A stretch of DNA of 64,000 bases from Macrostomum lignano. Its lineage: Eukaryota. Shown in pieces: positions 1 through 12,590 of the stretch; within the stretch, counting starts at the first letter, position 1, and every line of letters begins with the position of its first letter. Under the pieces are notes generated by a model. That model was not told the DNA's origin. It worked only from the letters and a program-made list of their open reading frames with translations, and made no database searches. Both the position numbers and the translations under genes were made by a program. The stretch lies in the NCBI GenBank assembly GCA_002269645.1, contig NIVC01002176.1, positions 131,910 through 195,909 on the forward strand, given 5' to 3'.

Positions 1-600
1 GTCGGACGGAAGACACTTGGGCCTAATGTTGATCACCCTCTTGGCCATGTGCTTTTTGTGCTTCGTGCAAAGCAGCCAGTCAAGGCGAGTGACAAGCCCG
101 TTGGCACCATAAAAAGTGGGCAGCTTGGCAAAGGTCCTCCAGCTCCTCCGAGGTGATGAATTCGGTCAGGAAAGAAGAGTTTGCATTCAGACGTCCACAT
201 CTGTTCTTGACCAACCGCGAGGGGAGCGTTGAAATTTCCCATAATGAAGAGAGCGTCGCAGGCCGGTAGAGAGCTGCAGATCTGTCTCAGAGTTCTGTAG
301 AGATCGACGGTGGTCTCGCTGTCTCGCTGTCGCGCGGTCTATTCGGTCGTTGATGAAGCTGATGTCGAGAAGGGCAGCAACACCAGCGGGAGACCGATTC
401 CCCCTCCTCCATGACGATTGGCTGGAGTGGCCCATCCCGCTCAGACATCAGTTTCCTCGATGCTGACTCGGCGGTGCTACTGAACAGCGAGAACTGCGAT
501 ACTGAGCGCCGACGCGAGCGCGCATAATTCGGCGACCCTCCACGAGTCTTTGAGAGTCCGTGCATTGAAGGTGTCGAGGCGCACGTGCTTGTGCATGCGG
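1..600 (-). mobile_element. Degenerate non-LTR retrotransposon (LINE) AP-endonuclease region, frameshifted, runs off the left edge
   Basis: Minus-strand translation across frames gives the ordered EEP motifs AGVAALL ... DALFIMGNFNAPL ... LNANSSFLTEF ... TFYGANGLVTRLDWLL ... CLPSD (GDFNA, TRIDY and SDH equivalents). Confidence 0.7.
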
Positions 601-947
601 CCACCATCATTTTGAGAAGCGGACCCCGGTGGCAGAGGCAGATTAAGTGCTACTCCCTGGGGCTCTTAGGTGTGAATTCCGACTGCGAGCCTGGTAGAAT
701 CGAGTTGACCTGGCCTTGACCTCCGGCCGGGGAGGCTGCGAGGCCTTGCGGTCTAGGCGTGCTCGGCGAGCGAGTAGCCGAAGCTCCTTGCGCCTGGAGT
801 TGTATCTGCGCCGTCGACGCTCGGAAGCTTCAGGACTGCGCCGACCGCCATTTTAGCTGCTGCGCTTGCCAGAAGGCTGGCGGCACCCGTTGACCCGTGG
901 CCTTTACACCGCCGGACGGAAGCACCCAATTTGCAGGCCAATGGCCG

Positions 948-1174
948 TGCAAATATAAGTCAACTGCAAATATTAGTCGACTGCAAATATAACTCAACTG
1001 CAAACATAACTCAACTGCAAACATAAGTCAACTGCAAACATAACTCAACTGCAAACATAACTCAACTGCAAACATAAGTCAACTGCAAACATAAGTCAAC
1101 TGCAAACATAAGTCAACTGCAAACATAACTCAACTGCAAACATAACTCAACTGCAAACATAAGTCAACTGCAAA
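948..1174. repeat. 17-bp tandem repeat (TCAACTGCAAACATAAC/G), about 13 copies
   Basis: Direct periodicity in the sequence. Confidence 0.95.
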
Positions 1175-1313
1175 TTTTTGACGTAAAATTAGCCTTGAAG
1201 CAAAAAAGAGCTTTGAACAGCCACAGTGATCAGCAGAGGAGCAGAAAAATGTTTAGGAATTTTATTATTGTTCAATAAAAGTGAGCTCACAAACCAATGA
1301 ATCGAATTAGCAT

Positions 1314-2589
1314 TCAGGTCAACATGAGAATCTCCAGCTGCTTGAAGCTGTGGTACCATCCGTCAGTTCTTTGGAGCAAACGATGCCCTTGGCTCGGTCT
1401 GCAGCTGACACGTTCAGAGCTGTCGGGTAGTTGAAGTACTTGCCGAATGGACCTCAGGTATGGCAGCATGTGTGCCACTGAGGCTGGAACATTTGGGCAC
1501 AGTTCTCTCCATTACTGCAGGTACTCAAGCCACGATCTCCAGTCTGAAAATGGATGTTCTTGCCGACGAACAAGTTCTGGTAAAGACCTCCACCCGGCTC
1601 AAACATGAATTCAGACACCGTGTAGTTGGTGCTCTCGGCCAGAATGAGCACGTTCAGGTAGTAGGCGTAGATGTAGGCGTCGTTCCAGTACAGCAGGTCG
1701 ACGCGGAACCGGTTGCTGCTGGGCTGAGCGCTGGTCCGGGCGTGCAGCCACTCCAGGCCTATTTGTGAGAAAATTTTATGTGGCCAGAGACGGTCGAAGC
1801 TCAGCGCGTCCGACACTCGCAGGTTGACGGTCTCGAAGCACTGCTGAGTGCCCACAGTGTAGAACTCCTGAGTTTGAAATTCAAATGATTTATTCGATCG
1901 GCTATCCATAAAAGTGCCTAAAATGATTTCAGCGATCCAGCACTGCTTTCCCAACACTCACATAAACGGCCAGCTCAGAGCTGTTCGGGGCCTGCTCGAA
2001 CCAGCGGCACAGCGGGTAGTCGGTGAGCAGAGAGCAGTTGCTGGAGTTGAACACAATCCCGCGACAGGGCGGAACCTCGCTGCACTTGGCAACGCAGCCA
2101 ATGAGCGATGAGACAGCTTGCTGGTGCTGAAGGAATGCGGCGAAGATCTTCACCGAGTTGTTGGGAATGTGGACCCGCTTCAGAGTCACGTTTCGAGCCG
2201 CAAGGTACTTTGAAATATCATGCGTCAAAGCGATAAAATTCTGGCATCAGCCATTAGCTGCTCAGCCTGTCGCTGGAGGCCAGACCGGACTGTCCGCCAC
2301 ATGACGAATTCCAGTTGAGCAGTGCTGTCTCCGCAGTGAACAGTCGGCACTCACCGAGCTGCCCGGTGCCATCAGCGGTGCCAGCATCCAAGCTCAGAGC
2401 TGCGCACCAGGACTGCTTGGCGCAGAGCATCGCGCACTGCTGCTTGGCGACCGGCTGCAGAGACCGCCACCCGGAGCCCGGGTCCGCTGGGCAGCCGGGG
2501 AACCTCGTGAGCTTGAGCGACGGCTGCTGGCAGCCTGAGCCGTACGACAGAGCCACCAGGCCCAAAGATGTCACAATCAGGAATTTCAT
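1314..2589 (-). pseudogene. Pseudogene of a secreted PAN-PAN-fibrinogen-related-domain protein (paralogue of 7971-10026)
   Basis: Signal peptide MKFLIVTSLGLVAL, two 4-Cys PAN motifs and an FReD (GLEWLH..RVDL..F.T.DR..NCA..CH). Lesions relative to the intact copy: TCA>TGA stop at 1454-1456; the segment coding AEYKTGFGTYHGNYFAG and its donor are missing near 1780; the donor after PAN1 is lost and the acceptor reads CAA instead of CAG near 2200. Confidence 0.85.
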
Positions 2590-2631
2590 GCTGGGATAAA
2601 TAATGCAATCGTTACTCTCTGAGTAAGGTGT

Positions 2632-4416
2632 GTTAGACGCGCCGGAGGGTGCCGATGTACATATCGCTGTACTTTTGCGGGGGGTTGAGCTGTGGGGGTG
2701 TTGGCCGCGCCGGCCAGGTTAAAGCCTCTACACCCGGCCCAGCTTGGCTCCGCCGCAATTTCTCAATTTTTTAGGCTTTGTGACCGCGCTTTGATGAGGA
2801 GTTTGCCATGGAGACTGACAGCAGCCGGTCAGGCGCAGCCGCAGTCATCTGGGGTGCCGAGAGTTTCTGGAGTGCCATCGACTGGGAGCTGGACTGCGGT
2901 GGTGTGTTCAAAGATGTTCATATCAACTTCAAGGAGGCTCTGGCACCTTTGCTGACTATCCTGCACCGTCGCTCTCAGCTGAAAAACTGCAAGATTGTCA
3001 TCTTCACTGACAGCACCGCAGTGGCTGGCATGATCAATCGGCTGAGCTGTCGTGACCCGCGGTTCCTGCAGGTGTACCAGACTGTGGCTCTGCTGTGCAT
3101 CAGGAACAGCATCAGTTTGGAGGCCTTTCACCTTACTGGTCGCATGCAGATTTTTGCTGATGCCGCCTCCCGCATGTTTGCCTCGCAGTCTGAGCTCATT
3201 AACTTTCGTTGCCGCTACTACCGTACGCGCGTGATCTGCCCGCTTGAGTTCGCGTCGCACGCGCTCTCTGCCGCTTTCCGATCTCGCCTCCTTTTGCAGG
3301 TCGCCCTCGCCCTCCGGAGACGCCGCCCCACCCCCCGCGCTGTGTCCGCCGGACACCTGTGCCGCCTCGGCCTGGCGGAGAACTCCTGGCGATCCTACCT
3401 CAGCCAGCTGCGCTCCTGGGAAGCCTTCTGTGCTAGCGCAGGCCGCCCTTCATCTCCAGCTGACGGTGACCTGCTCTGCCGCTACATTGCGCACCTGGTG
3501 AGCACCCGGCTCCGGTCCTTCTCCAGCCTCCGATCCTACGTCCATGCCGTCTCTTTTCTGCACCAAGCCACCAGCACCCCCGACCCAGCAAAAGACTTCA
3601 CCGTGCAGCTGGCCCTCGCGGCGCCAAACGTCATCTGGGCCTGCGATGCAAACAGGCGAAGCCGCTGACCATCGAGCACCTCAAGAGCATCCATCAGCAG
3701 CTCCCGCGCTCCATCTCAAGCGCAGATCTCAGGGCCGCCTTCTGGGCGGCTCTTCTGGTGGGCTGGTGGGGTATGTTGCGCCTTGGCGACTTCCTATCGA
3801 CCCGCGGCAGCCGCTCTGTCTCGCGGGACTGCCTGTCGGCTTCATCTGGCTGCTGGAAGTTGGCCCTCCCTAAGTCCAAGACCAACCAGTTCGGGTCGAC
3901 GCCGCATGTCGTTCTTCTGCCACCTGTTCAAGAGTCACTACTCTGCCCTGTGCGCGCTCTGCGGTCTCACCTGCACCTGTCACCAGCCAGCGACCCAAGG
4001 GCGCCACTCTTTGGCTACGGCCTCGGAGGCGAGCTCTCAGCCAGCCAGCTCATCAGCTGTCTTCGTGCGTGTCTGGCTGCGTGCGGCCTTCCAGCTGCTG
4101 GTTTCTCCGGCCACAGCATCCGGCGTGGGGGTGCCAGCTTCTGCCATCAAATCGGCTTGTCAGATTCGGACGTTCGGGCTCTTGGGGGCTGGAGGTCGGA
4201 CGCTGTTCTCCGCTACTTTTCTGCCAGCTCTGCCCTGTCGCGCCGCCAGCGCTCTGCTTCTTTCATGGCTTCGCAGCTGCAGGCTGCGTCCACCTGACTG
4301 CCTTCCCGCTTTTACTCCTTCCCTTCGCCATCATTGGGGTTGGGATCCGCTTTCTCGGCCGCTGCCTGCTTTTCGCAACTGATTTGTCTCATTAGGCTCC
4401 TTCCGGCGTGTTTAAC
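2632..4416 (+). mobile_element. Internally deleted DIRS-superfamily (tyrosine recombinase) retrotransposon: RNase H plus YR, no gag/RT
   Basis: DIRS-type RNase H (ETDSS.SG..AV..HINFKEA..IFTDST..ADAASR) followed by a recombinase. An imperfect 22-bp inverted repeat (18/22) lies at 2632-2653 and 4395-4416. Confidence 0.8.
3370..4297 (+). pseudogene. Tyrosine recombinase of the DIRS-like element, one -1 frameshift near 3617
   Basis: N-terminal LAENSWRSY..W..FC, then catalytic motifs GMLRLGD, KSKTNQ, CPVRAL, GHSIRRGGAS, LGGWRSDAVLRY. Restoring one base at CTC GC GGC joins ORFs 2808-3668 and 3758-4297 through LRGAKRHLG..KPLTIEHL. Confidence 0.85.
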
Positions 4417-5707
4417 GAAAATTTTCATGTTTAACTTGAGCTGATTTTTGCGTTTATTTAAAAAAATGAAGTTTATGCGGAGAAAACGGGTTTATTGGGT
4501 AGAGAACATGTTAGCATGCAGCCCCCCACTAATTTTCAAGCACGAACTGATGATTTGCTGAATAAGACAAAAATCCTAATGTGGTTTCATGCTGTAAAAT
4601 CTTCGTCAAGTCGGAGGTTTTAAGTTGATATAAGTGGCTGATATTGGAGTCAAAATCATTAAAATGATTGATCTGTGACGTTTATCAGTGTTACTTGATT
4701 TACTTGACTAGGCTGTAGGGGGGCTTCGGATACGCGAGGAGGAGTTCAGCGCCCACTCAATTTAAGCCCGGTGGGCCATGGCAGCTGGTGCTGCCGGTCC
4801 CGCAGGGAGCTCTGGTGTGCCTGTTTCCACAGCTCGGTCCCTCTTCGTAGAGTCCAGAGTCGCTCGTATGGTAGCCCCTAGGTAGCGGACGAGCTGTTAG
4901 AAATTCCTTGACCTAAAAACATCGGAAAGGTCCGGGTTTGGGCCGAGGTAATTGAGAGCTTATTCTGAGTAAAGGTTGCAGATGAAGTGCTCTGCATTCT
5001 CAATACCTGAGAGGCAGAATGGGCATTCCTAACAGCGGATTCTACCTTGGAGGTAGCGATGCTTGGCAAGACAGCCATTTATCCGAGTTATTAAATGACT
5101 CAAAATCTAACAGTTGATATTAGAAAAAGTCTGCCGGTAACAGAATGGAAAATTATTCTGAAAAGTGAAGAAAACTACACAGCTTCCTTCAAGAACACCC
5201 GGCAACACCTCCCGCAGGCTTCTCCGCCATCCACTCGCTCAGACAGGGCGGCGCCACCCTCAGAGTGGAGATGAAGCTGTGGAAGGCAGGGTGGCTGTGT
5301 GCACCCTGGCGCACTTTAGGCGACATTTTTGCACTGCTGGCGAGAGGCATAACTGCCTATTCCGCCTACTTATTAAAGCAATAAACTGAAGAGACAAACT
5401 CATGTCAATAGAAATTGGTATTTAAAATGAGTTTCCTCATTTCGCTACGCACTCATCTTCATTCTGTATTCATATAGCAGTTCGAAAGAAAACTTTTTGA
5501 AGTATTTTCTCGTAAATATCGTTGTACCTGTCAAATAAGCATAGGACTAATTGGTTGATACACTAAAGAAAAAACAGAAAATTGCTTAAGATTCAAAATC
5601 AACGCGTAACAATGAGCAGTGAGCGCCCTGGACAAAGGGTTTCCATGAGAAACTGGTTCGCATGCAGTTCCTTATAGGAATGCCTGTCCGCTCCTTTCTG
5701 ATTTCAC

Positions 5708-6160
5708 TCATTCGTCACTCATCGCGTTCATCTCCTGCCATCCATAGCAGCCAACTCGACCCTTCTGCACCTTTGAGTCGCGAAGCATTCTTAAACCGGC
5801 CATCTGAGCAGCTGCCACCAGAGCGGTAAGCAGTAGGCACCAGATGGCCCTCGCGATATCCTCACGACCGAAAGCAGACGCACTGCCTCCGTCCTGAGCT
5901 GCTCTTCGGGAGTCCATCGTTTCCGTCCTGTCCCTTACAGAGTCGCTCATGATGATGAAAGAGTCCTCAAAGACGTCTGACACCGGCTGGACTGGCCGCT
6001 GACTGATCTGCTGCCTGATGGCGGTGAAGGCCAGCACAGCAGTTGAAATCGCAGCCCAGATGAACAGGCAGATGCGGGCTTTGGTGGCGAACTGGCTGAC
6101 CCGCCTATTCGTCATATTCGCAATGCCAGCGCGTTGCGGGGTTTGGATGAATCTCGGCAA
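5708..6160 (-). CDS. Possible exon or small membrane protein with two hydrophobic segments, unassigned
   Basis: 150-codon open frame with segments ICLFIWAAISTAVLAFTAI and AIWCLLLTALVAAAQM. No homology recognised and the start is uncertain. Confidence 0.25.
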   Translation of the reverse strand: MPRFIQTPQRAGIANMTNRRVSQFATKARICLFIWAAISTAVLAFTAIRQQISQRPVQPVSDVFEDSFIIMSDSVRDRTETMDSRRAAQDGGSASAFGREDIARAIWCLLLTALVAAAQMAGLRMLRDSKVQKGRVGCYGWQEMNAMSDE

Positions 6161-7579
6161 TGCGAACTGGGCTTTCTGTCTTGGGAGCGGTGTTTTAAGC
6201 AGCTCTGGTGAGGCCTTGACCGTGCCTGGCCTTGAGCACCGGCCAAGTTACTGCAACTGGGCGGGACGATGAAGCCGCTAGCGAACTGGAAGTTAGAGCA
6301 AGGCTTTCACATTTCATGCCTTTAGAATAGGCTTAGATTTTACGGACAAGAGTTTCCGAGCGCCTCATACATTTGCAGCTTTCTCAGGCCCTAAAGACTT
6401 TACGGCTGTCCCACTGAAACTGTAAAATGCGAAAATGATTACCTCCAAGGCTCATGGTACCTGCTTATACGAGTGTATGTATGGATAAATATGGTGTATG
6501 AGCTCAAGAGCAGATAAGCGGTAAAAGCGTCTTGACTAAACTCGCCACGAACCTTGGTTCTGCCATGAGTGAATCGGTGGCAACAGCTGAGTGGTGGCAG
6601 GGTAAACTTTCTATTACTGTCTGAGCAAGAGCGGACGCTTTATGCTCGTATCATTATTTAACGTGGTGTCAAAATTTAATTTTAGCCTACATACCATCTG
6701 GGAGTCCAAGATAAAATGGATCTCCAGATGTTTCTAGTCGACTCGTCCAACAAGGTATCGATTACATTGCAGTCGGTTCGGCAGGGAGCGTTTGAGCTGA
6801 CTGAGACGTAAAGCTGACACCTGGCCGAGGATATCATCACGACGACGGGGGAGCACGAGATGTTCTGCGAGATGTTCCCCGCAGGCAGATTTCCCGCGGC
6901 GAAGTTTTCCCACCGAGGTTTTGGCGCCCTTCTAGAGCCTAGAGAGAATCTGGAAGGAAAGACTTGCTGCGGGAGAACCACAAGCAAGCAACTTCGGCAG
7001 CGGGGGAAACTGAAACATGAGAAAGAGCAAGGACTGCGGCAGCCTCAAAAATGCGGCTAGCTGCTACTTCATCATCTGGGCTTGGCTCTCATCCACTGAC
7101 TCCAGGCTGACTCATTCTGCCTCGCTTTTAGCTCTGCTGCAAACAGGACATACCTGCGACAGCCTCCCCCAGATTGCTGATCCTCTGCCTCATCAGCTTC
7201 GGACTGCAGACCCTCTGAGAATGAGTCCCAACTCAAATACAGTGTACAATACAGAACGGTTAATTCATTAAGTTTTAAAAGCGTTGAAAAAATGCAGCTA
7301 AAGTCTTATTAATTTATCTATATAGCTCATATAAGGATAGAAAAAATTTCAACTGCTGCGATAGCTAAAATGTCTATCAAATGTGCTAAAATTTAAGCTG
7401 CATTATTGATGGAGCCTGAGCGCTGGATGCTGCATTGTTTGACGCATTATGCACGAGTACACTCTAGCTCCTCTGCCCCTGGATTGATGCTGTGGGCAAG
7501 AGTTGAGGCTGAGGGTAGAGAACTTAGCAGAGGGAATGGATAGAATTTAGATGTAGATTCAGTATTTTTCTAAAATCGA

Positions 7580-7580
<1 letters not shown>

Positions 7581-7614
<34 letters not shown>
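7581..7614. repeat. (CA)17 microsatellite
   Basis: Direct. Confidence 0.95.
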
Positions 7615-7617
<3 letters not shown>

Positions 7618-7970
7618 CGACAGACCATTTTTAGCATATGGATGGAATTCATCTATAACTTGTGTAGCGCGGAGTCATTTAAAGATGGAAAAAATATGGA
7701 AAATGAATATCTCCCCAACCCCGGCTTCCAACTCAACTTGAGTAGGGGATTCTAAGCCTCGCGAAGCCGTGTCCAGTAAAGGTGGGGCAGAGAAACGGGA
7801 GGGTGGGACGCTTCCGTTGCCTGACAACCGCTTATTTCCAAACTCTTAGGGGGTAGCAGATACCATACTTCAAAAGCCCCGTCCAGAGCTGACTTTCCGT
7901 CACGGAACATCTCGCAACAGGAAATTCAAACATCAATTGCAAATGTTTGCCTAAGTAACTCCCACCTGCA

Positions 7971-10026
7971 ATGAAACTGACAGCTAAGCATTCCGAGCTG
8001 CTGCAGCTGCTTCTGTGGAAGCTGCTCACGGGTGAGTCGGTGTGGAAGCGGTACCAACTTGTTAGAGAGACTTCCCATAGTGACACAGATGACAATATTA
8101 CTCCATCACTCTATCCATTTCTTGATTGCTTGAAGAGATTTCATTCATTTCCTAAATTCGTATCAGTACAACATCAATTAAATAAAACTCAAAGCCTAAT
8201 GAATCGTTGCTACTTACATATTTTTTAAAGCTGTGTCCTTCGCCTACGGCTGTCAGCCACCAACGCTGAAGCTCACGACGTTCCCCGGCTGCCCGGCCGA
8301 CCCCGGCTCCGGGTGGCGGTCTCTGCAGCCGGTCACCAAGCAGCAGTGCGCGATGCTCTGCGCCAAGCAGTCCTGTTGCGCAGCTCTGAGCTTGGATGCT
8401 GCCAGCACCGCTGATGGCATCGAGCAGCTCGGTGAGTGCCGACTGTTCACTGCGGAGACCGCGCTGCTCGGCTGGAATTCGTCCTGTGGCGGACAGTCCG
8501 GTCTGGCGTCCAGCGACAGGCTGAGCAGCTTCCGCACTGGTGAGACCGGTGTTCTGTTTTCAGTTTTTGCAGGACTCGTGTTGATCAAACTCACTTTGGC
8601 CTTTTCAGAGTACCTTGCGGCTCGAAATGTGACTCTGAAGCGGGTTCACATTCCCAACAACTCGGTGAAGATCTTCGCTGCCTTCCTTCAGCACCAGCCG
8701 GCTGCCTCATCGCTCATTGGCTGCGTTGCCAAGTGCAGCGAGTTGCCGGCCTGTCGCGGGATTGTGTTCAACTCCAGCAACTGCTCTCTGCTCACCGACT
8801 ACCCGCTGTGCCGCTGGTTCGAGCAGCCTCCGGGCAGCTCTGAGCTGGCCGTCTATGTGAGTGTTGGGAAAGCAGTGCTGGATCGGTGAAATCATTTAGG
8901 CACTTTTATGGATAGCCGATCTAATAAATCGTTTGAATTTGAAACGCAGGAGTTCTACACTGTGGGTACTCAGCAGTGCTTCGAGACCGTCAACCTTCGA
9001 GTGTCGGACGCACTGAGCTTTGACCGGCTCTGGGCCGAGTACAAGACCGGCTTCGGCACCTATCACGGCAACTACTTTGCTGGTGAGTCACTTGGGCTTT
9101 TATCTAGAGTTTCTGGTAGAGCTTAAGTGAACGTATTGTTATCATTGAAATAACATTGTTATCATGTTTTCTACAATATGAATTTACCTTTTTGTTTACA
9201 ATATAACTTTAATTTTGAATTTCTGAGAAGGAACTTTTAAATTGCTAGCAAAAAATCCATATTCACTTGCAGAATACGAGCTACACTACTACTAGTAGTA
9301 TTTTGCATTTGTAAAATGTTTAGTTTACTGATTCCATCTGACTTAACTAATATCTAATCTCGTTTGTCAAAGTCCAGATTTGTTTTCCTTGTGCAACGCA
9401 ACTCGCGATGTGCAAGCTTTGCTTTGCAGTTAAAATGAGAAACATAGAGGTATACACTGTATTTACACATAGGAACGTGACGAATGAGTTTGTAAACACT
9501 TCAAAAATTGAATCTCATTGTGAGGAAGTTTTAGAGTGAGCCAACAAAAATTTATTTACATTCAGGTCTGGAGTGGCTGCACGCCCGGACCAGCGCTCAG
9601 CCCATCAACAACCGGTTCCGCGTCGACCTGCTGTACTGGAACGACGCCTACATCTACGCCTACTACCTGAACGTGCTCATTCTGGCCGAGAGCACCAACT
9701 ATACGGTGTCTGAATTCACGTTTGAGCCTGCTGGAGGTCTTCACCAGAACTTGTTCGGTGGCAATAACATCCAGTTTCAGACTCGAGATCGTGGCTTGAG
9801 TACCTGCAGTTATGGACAGAACTGTGCCCAAATGTTCCAGCCTCAGTGGCACACATGCTGCCATGCCTCAGGTCCGTTCGGCAAGTACTTCAACTACCCG
9901 ACAGCGCTGAATGTGTCAGCTGCAGACCGAGCCAAGGGCATCGTTTGGGCTTCAAATGCTCCAACAAACATTACTGACGGGCACTACTACAGCTTCAAGC
10001 AGCTGGAGATTCTCATGCTCACCTAA
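7971..10026 (+). CDS. Secreted PAN-PAN-FReD protein, 403 aa; exons 7971-8031, 8231-8539, 8609-8856, 8950-9082, 9566-10026
   Basis: All four introns are GT-AG (donors GTGAGT, GTGAGA, GTGAGT, GTGAGT) and phases 1,1,0,1 give a continuous 1212-nt frame. The product has a signal peptide, two C-x3-C..C..C PAN motifs and FReD motifs FDRLWAEYKTGFG, GLEWLH, FQTRDR, CCHASGPFGKY, GIVW, YYSFKQLE. Confidence 0.85.
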
Positions 10027-10516
10027 AAGTCTGCAATGTTACCAGCGTCCGAATATTGCATTGTCTTACGGAGCTTGTGTTTTGCGATACGGCTATGCTG
10101 AGACTGTTCCGACTTTGTTATCGAGTCGTCCAACTGCAGTTTAACTTGTAATTGTTTTGAAAACTGCATGCGGCCTTCCTAATTCCTTCCTACAAATCGC
10201 TGAAGTAACGGTGGCAAACAGATGTGCTGATGCGCAACGCCTTGCAGTCACGCAACTTCTTCATCCCTAATTCGCTTCTGTCCCTTCATCTTCTATACTT
10301 TTTAATTGACTGCTAATTATCATCACATTGCGCCTCACTATTTCACCCCCACACCTTTGTGATAATACCTTCTCTCTTCTTTTAAAACTCTTCTCTGAAT
10401 CAAGAACTCAGAGCAACGCTTGAAAATGTTACTTTCTCTTGGAACTACTAAAAATATTACCAATTATGCTCTCAAATTTCTTATCAGCCTTAATTTTGAT
10501 TTATTGAAGTTTTGTA

Positions 10517-11683
10517 GTGCTGTAGCTGTGTGCTGTAGGTGTGTGTGCTGTAACTGTGTGCTGTAACTGTGTGCTGTAGCTGTGTGCTGTAGCTGTGTGT
10601 GCTGTAGCTGTGTGTGCTGTAGCTGTGTGTGCTGTAGCTGTGTGCTGTAGCTGTGTGTGCTGTAGCTGTGTGTGCTGTAGCTGTGTGTGCTGTAGCTGTG
10701 TGCTGTAGCTGTGTGTGCTGTAGCTGTGTGCTGTAGCTGTGTGTGCTGTAGCTGTGTGTGCTGTAACTGTGTGCTGTAACTGTGTGCTGTAGCTGTGTGC
10801 TGTAGCTGTGTGTGCTGTAGCTGTGTGTGCTGTAGCTGTGTGTGCTGTAGCTGTGTGCTGTAGCTGTGTGTGCTGTAGCTGTGTGTTCTGTAGCTGTGTG
10901 TGCTGTAACTGTGTGTGCTTTAGCTGTGTGCTGTAGCTGTGTGTGCTGTAGCTGTGTATGCTGTAGCTGTGTGCTGTAGCTGTGTGTGCTGTAGCTGTGT
11001 ATGCTGTAGCTGTGTGCTGTAGCTGTGTGCTGTAGCTGTGTGTGCTGTAGCTGTGTGCTGTAGCTGTGTGTGCTGTAGCTGTGTGTGCTGTAGCTGTGTG
11101 TGCTGTAGCTGTGTGTGCTGTAGCTGTGTGTGCTGTAGCTGTGTGTGCTGTAGCTGTGTGTGCTGTAGCTGTGTGTGCTGTAGCTGTCTGCTGTAGCTGA
11201 GTGTGCTGTAGCTGTGTATGTTGTAGCTGCGTGTGCTGTAGCTGAGTGTGCTGTAGCTGTGTGCTTTAGCTGTGTGTGCTGTAGCTGTGTGCTGTAGCTG
11301 TGTATGCTGTAGCTGTGTGTGCTGTAGCTGTGTATGTTGTAGCTGTGTGTGCTGTAGCTGAGTGTGCTGTAGCTGTGTGCTGTAGCTGTGTGTGCTGTAG
11401 CTGTGTGTGCTGTAGCTGTGTGTGCTGTAGGTGTGTGTGCTGTAGCTGTGTGTGCTGTAGCTGTGTGTGCTGTAGCTGTGTGTGCTGTAGCTGTGTGTGC
11501 TGTAGCTGTGTGTGCTGTAGCTGTGTGCTGTAGCTGTGTGTGCTGTAGCTGTGTGTGCTGTAGCTGTGTGTGCTGTAGCTGTGTGTGCTGTAGCTGTGTG
11601 TGCTGTAGCTGTGTGTGCTGTAGCTGTGTGTGCTGTAGCTGTGTGTGCTGTAGCTGTGTGTGCTGCTTTTGGGTGTGCTGTAG
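10517..11683. repeat. Minisatellite of 13/15-bp units (CTGTAGCTGTGTG[TG])
   Basis: Direct periodicity. Confidence 0.95.
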
Positions 11684-12062
11684 ATAAGTTACTATTTAAT
11701 TGAAGAACAAATAGTTTTGACACCTTCCTCACTACTGTTGAGAAGCCTAGTGGTCAGCAGTGATTTCCGACTCGAATGTGCATTCAGTGTTTGCTGTCTG
11801 CAGGTCTTGATAGCCGTAAAATTTTCATTTATCTGGACGTGTAATACAGCCAGCGTTTAGATGCACGTCAACGTTTTTAAAAAATTAATTTGAATATTTG
11901 TGAAATTTTCTTTTTGTTTATAATTTTCCAAATGAGATGAGAAGATAAACAGCATAATCGTTTAAAATGCTTTTTTTGTCGTGGCAACAGAAAAATATTC
12001 ATGCAAGAGAAATTTTCAGGTTTGGGTTTTTGTTCAGAAATTTTTTTAGAAATATTTATTTT

Positions 12063-12590
12063 GCTCATGCTCATGCTCATGCTCATGCTCATGCTCATGC
12101 TCATGCTCATGCTCATGCTCATGCTCATGCTAACGTTAATGCTCATGCTCATGTTCACTCTCATGCTCATGCTCATGTTCACTCTCAGGCTCATGCTCAT
12201 GTTCACTCTCATGCTCATGCTCATGTTCACTCTCATGCTCATGCTCATGGTCATACTCACGCTCATGCTCATGCTAAAGTTAATGCTCATGCTCATGCTC
12301 ATGGTCATACTCACGCTCACGCTCATGCTAAAGTTAATGCTCATGCTCATGCTCATGGTCATACTCACGCTCATGCTCATGCTAAAGTTAATGCTCATGC
12401 TCATGCTCATGGTCATACTCACGCTCATGCTCATGCTAAAGTTAATGCTCATGCTCATGCTCATGGTCATACTCACGCTCATGCTCATGCTAAAGTTAAT
12501 GCTCATGCTCATGCTCATGGTCATACTCACGCTCATGCTCATGGTCATACTCACGCTCATGCTCATGCTAAAGTTAATGCTCATGCTCAT
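12063..12590. repeat. (ATGCTC)n hexamer array with a 54-bp higher-order unit in its right part
   Basis: The variant ATGGTCATAC recurs at 12247, 12301, 12355 and onward at 54-bp spacing. Confidence 0.95.

Noticed and set aside
8908-9126. Apparent separate gene starting MDSRSNK 19 bp after the PAN ORF stop (operon-like arrangement)
   Set aside because: That ATG lies in intron 8857-8949; splicing TAT|gtgagt..cag|GAG joins PAN and FReD in one frame.
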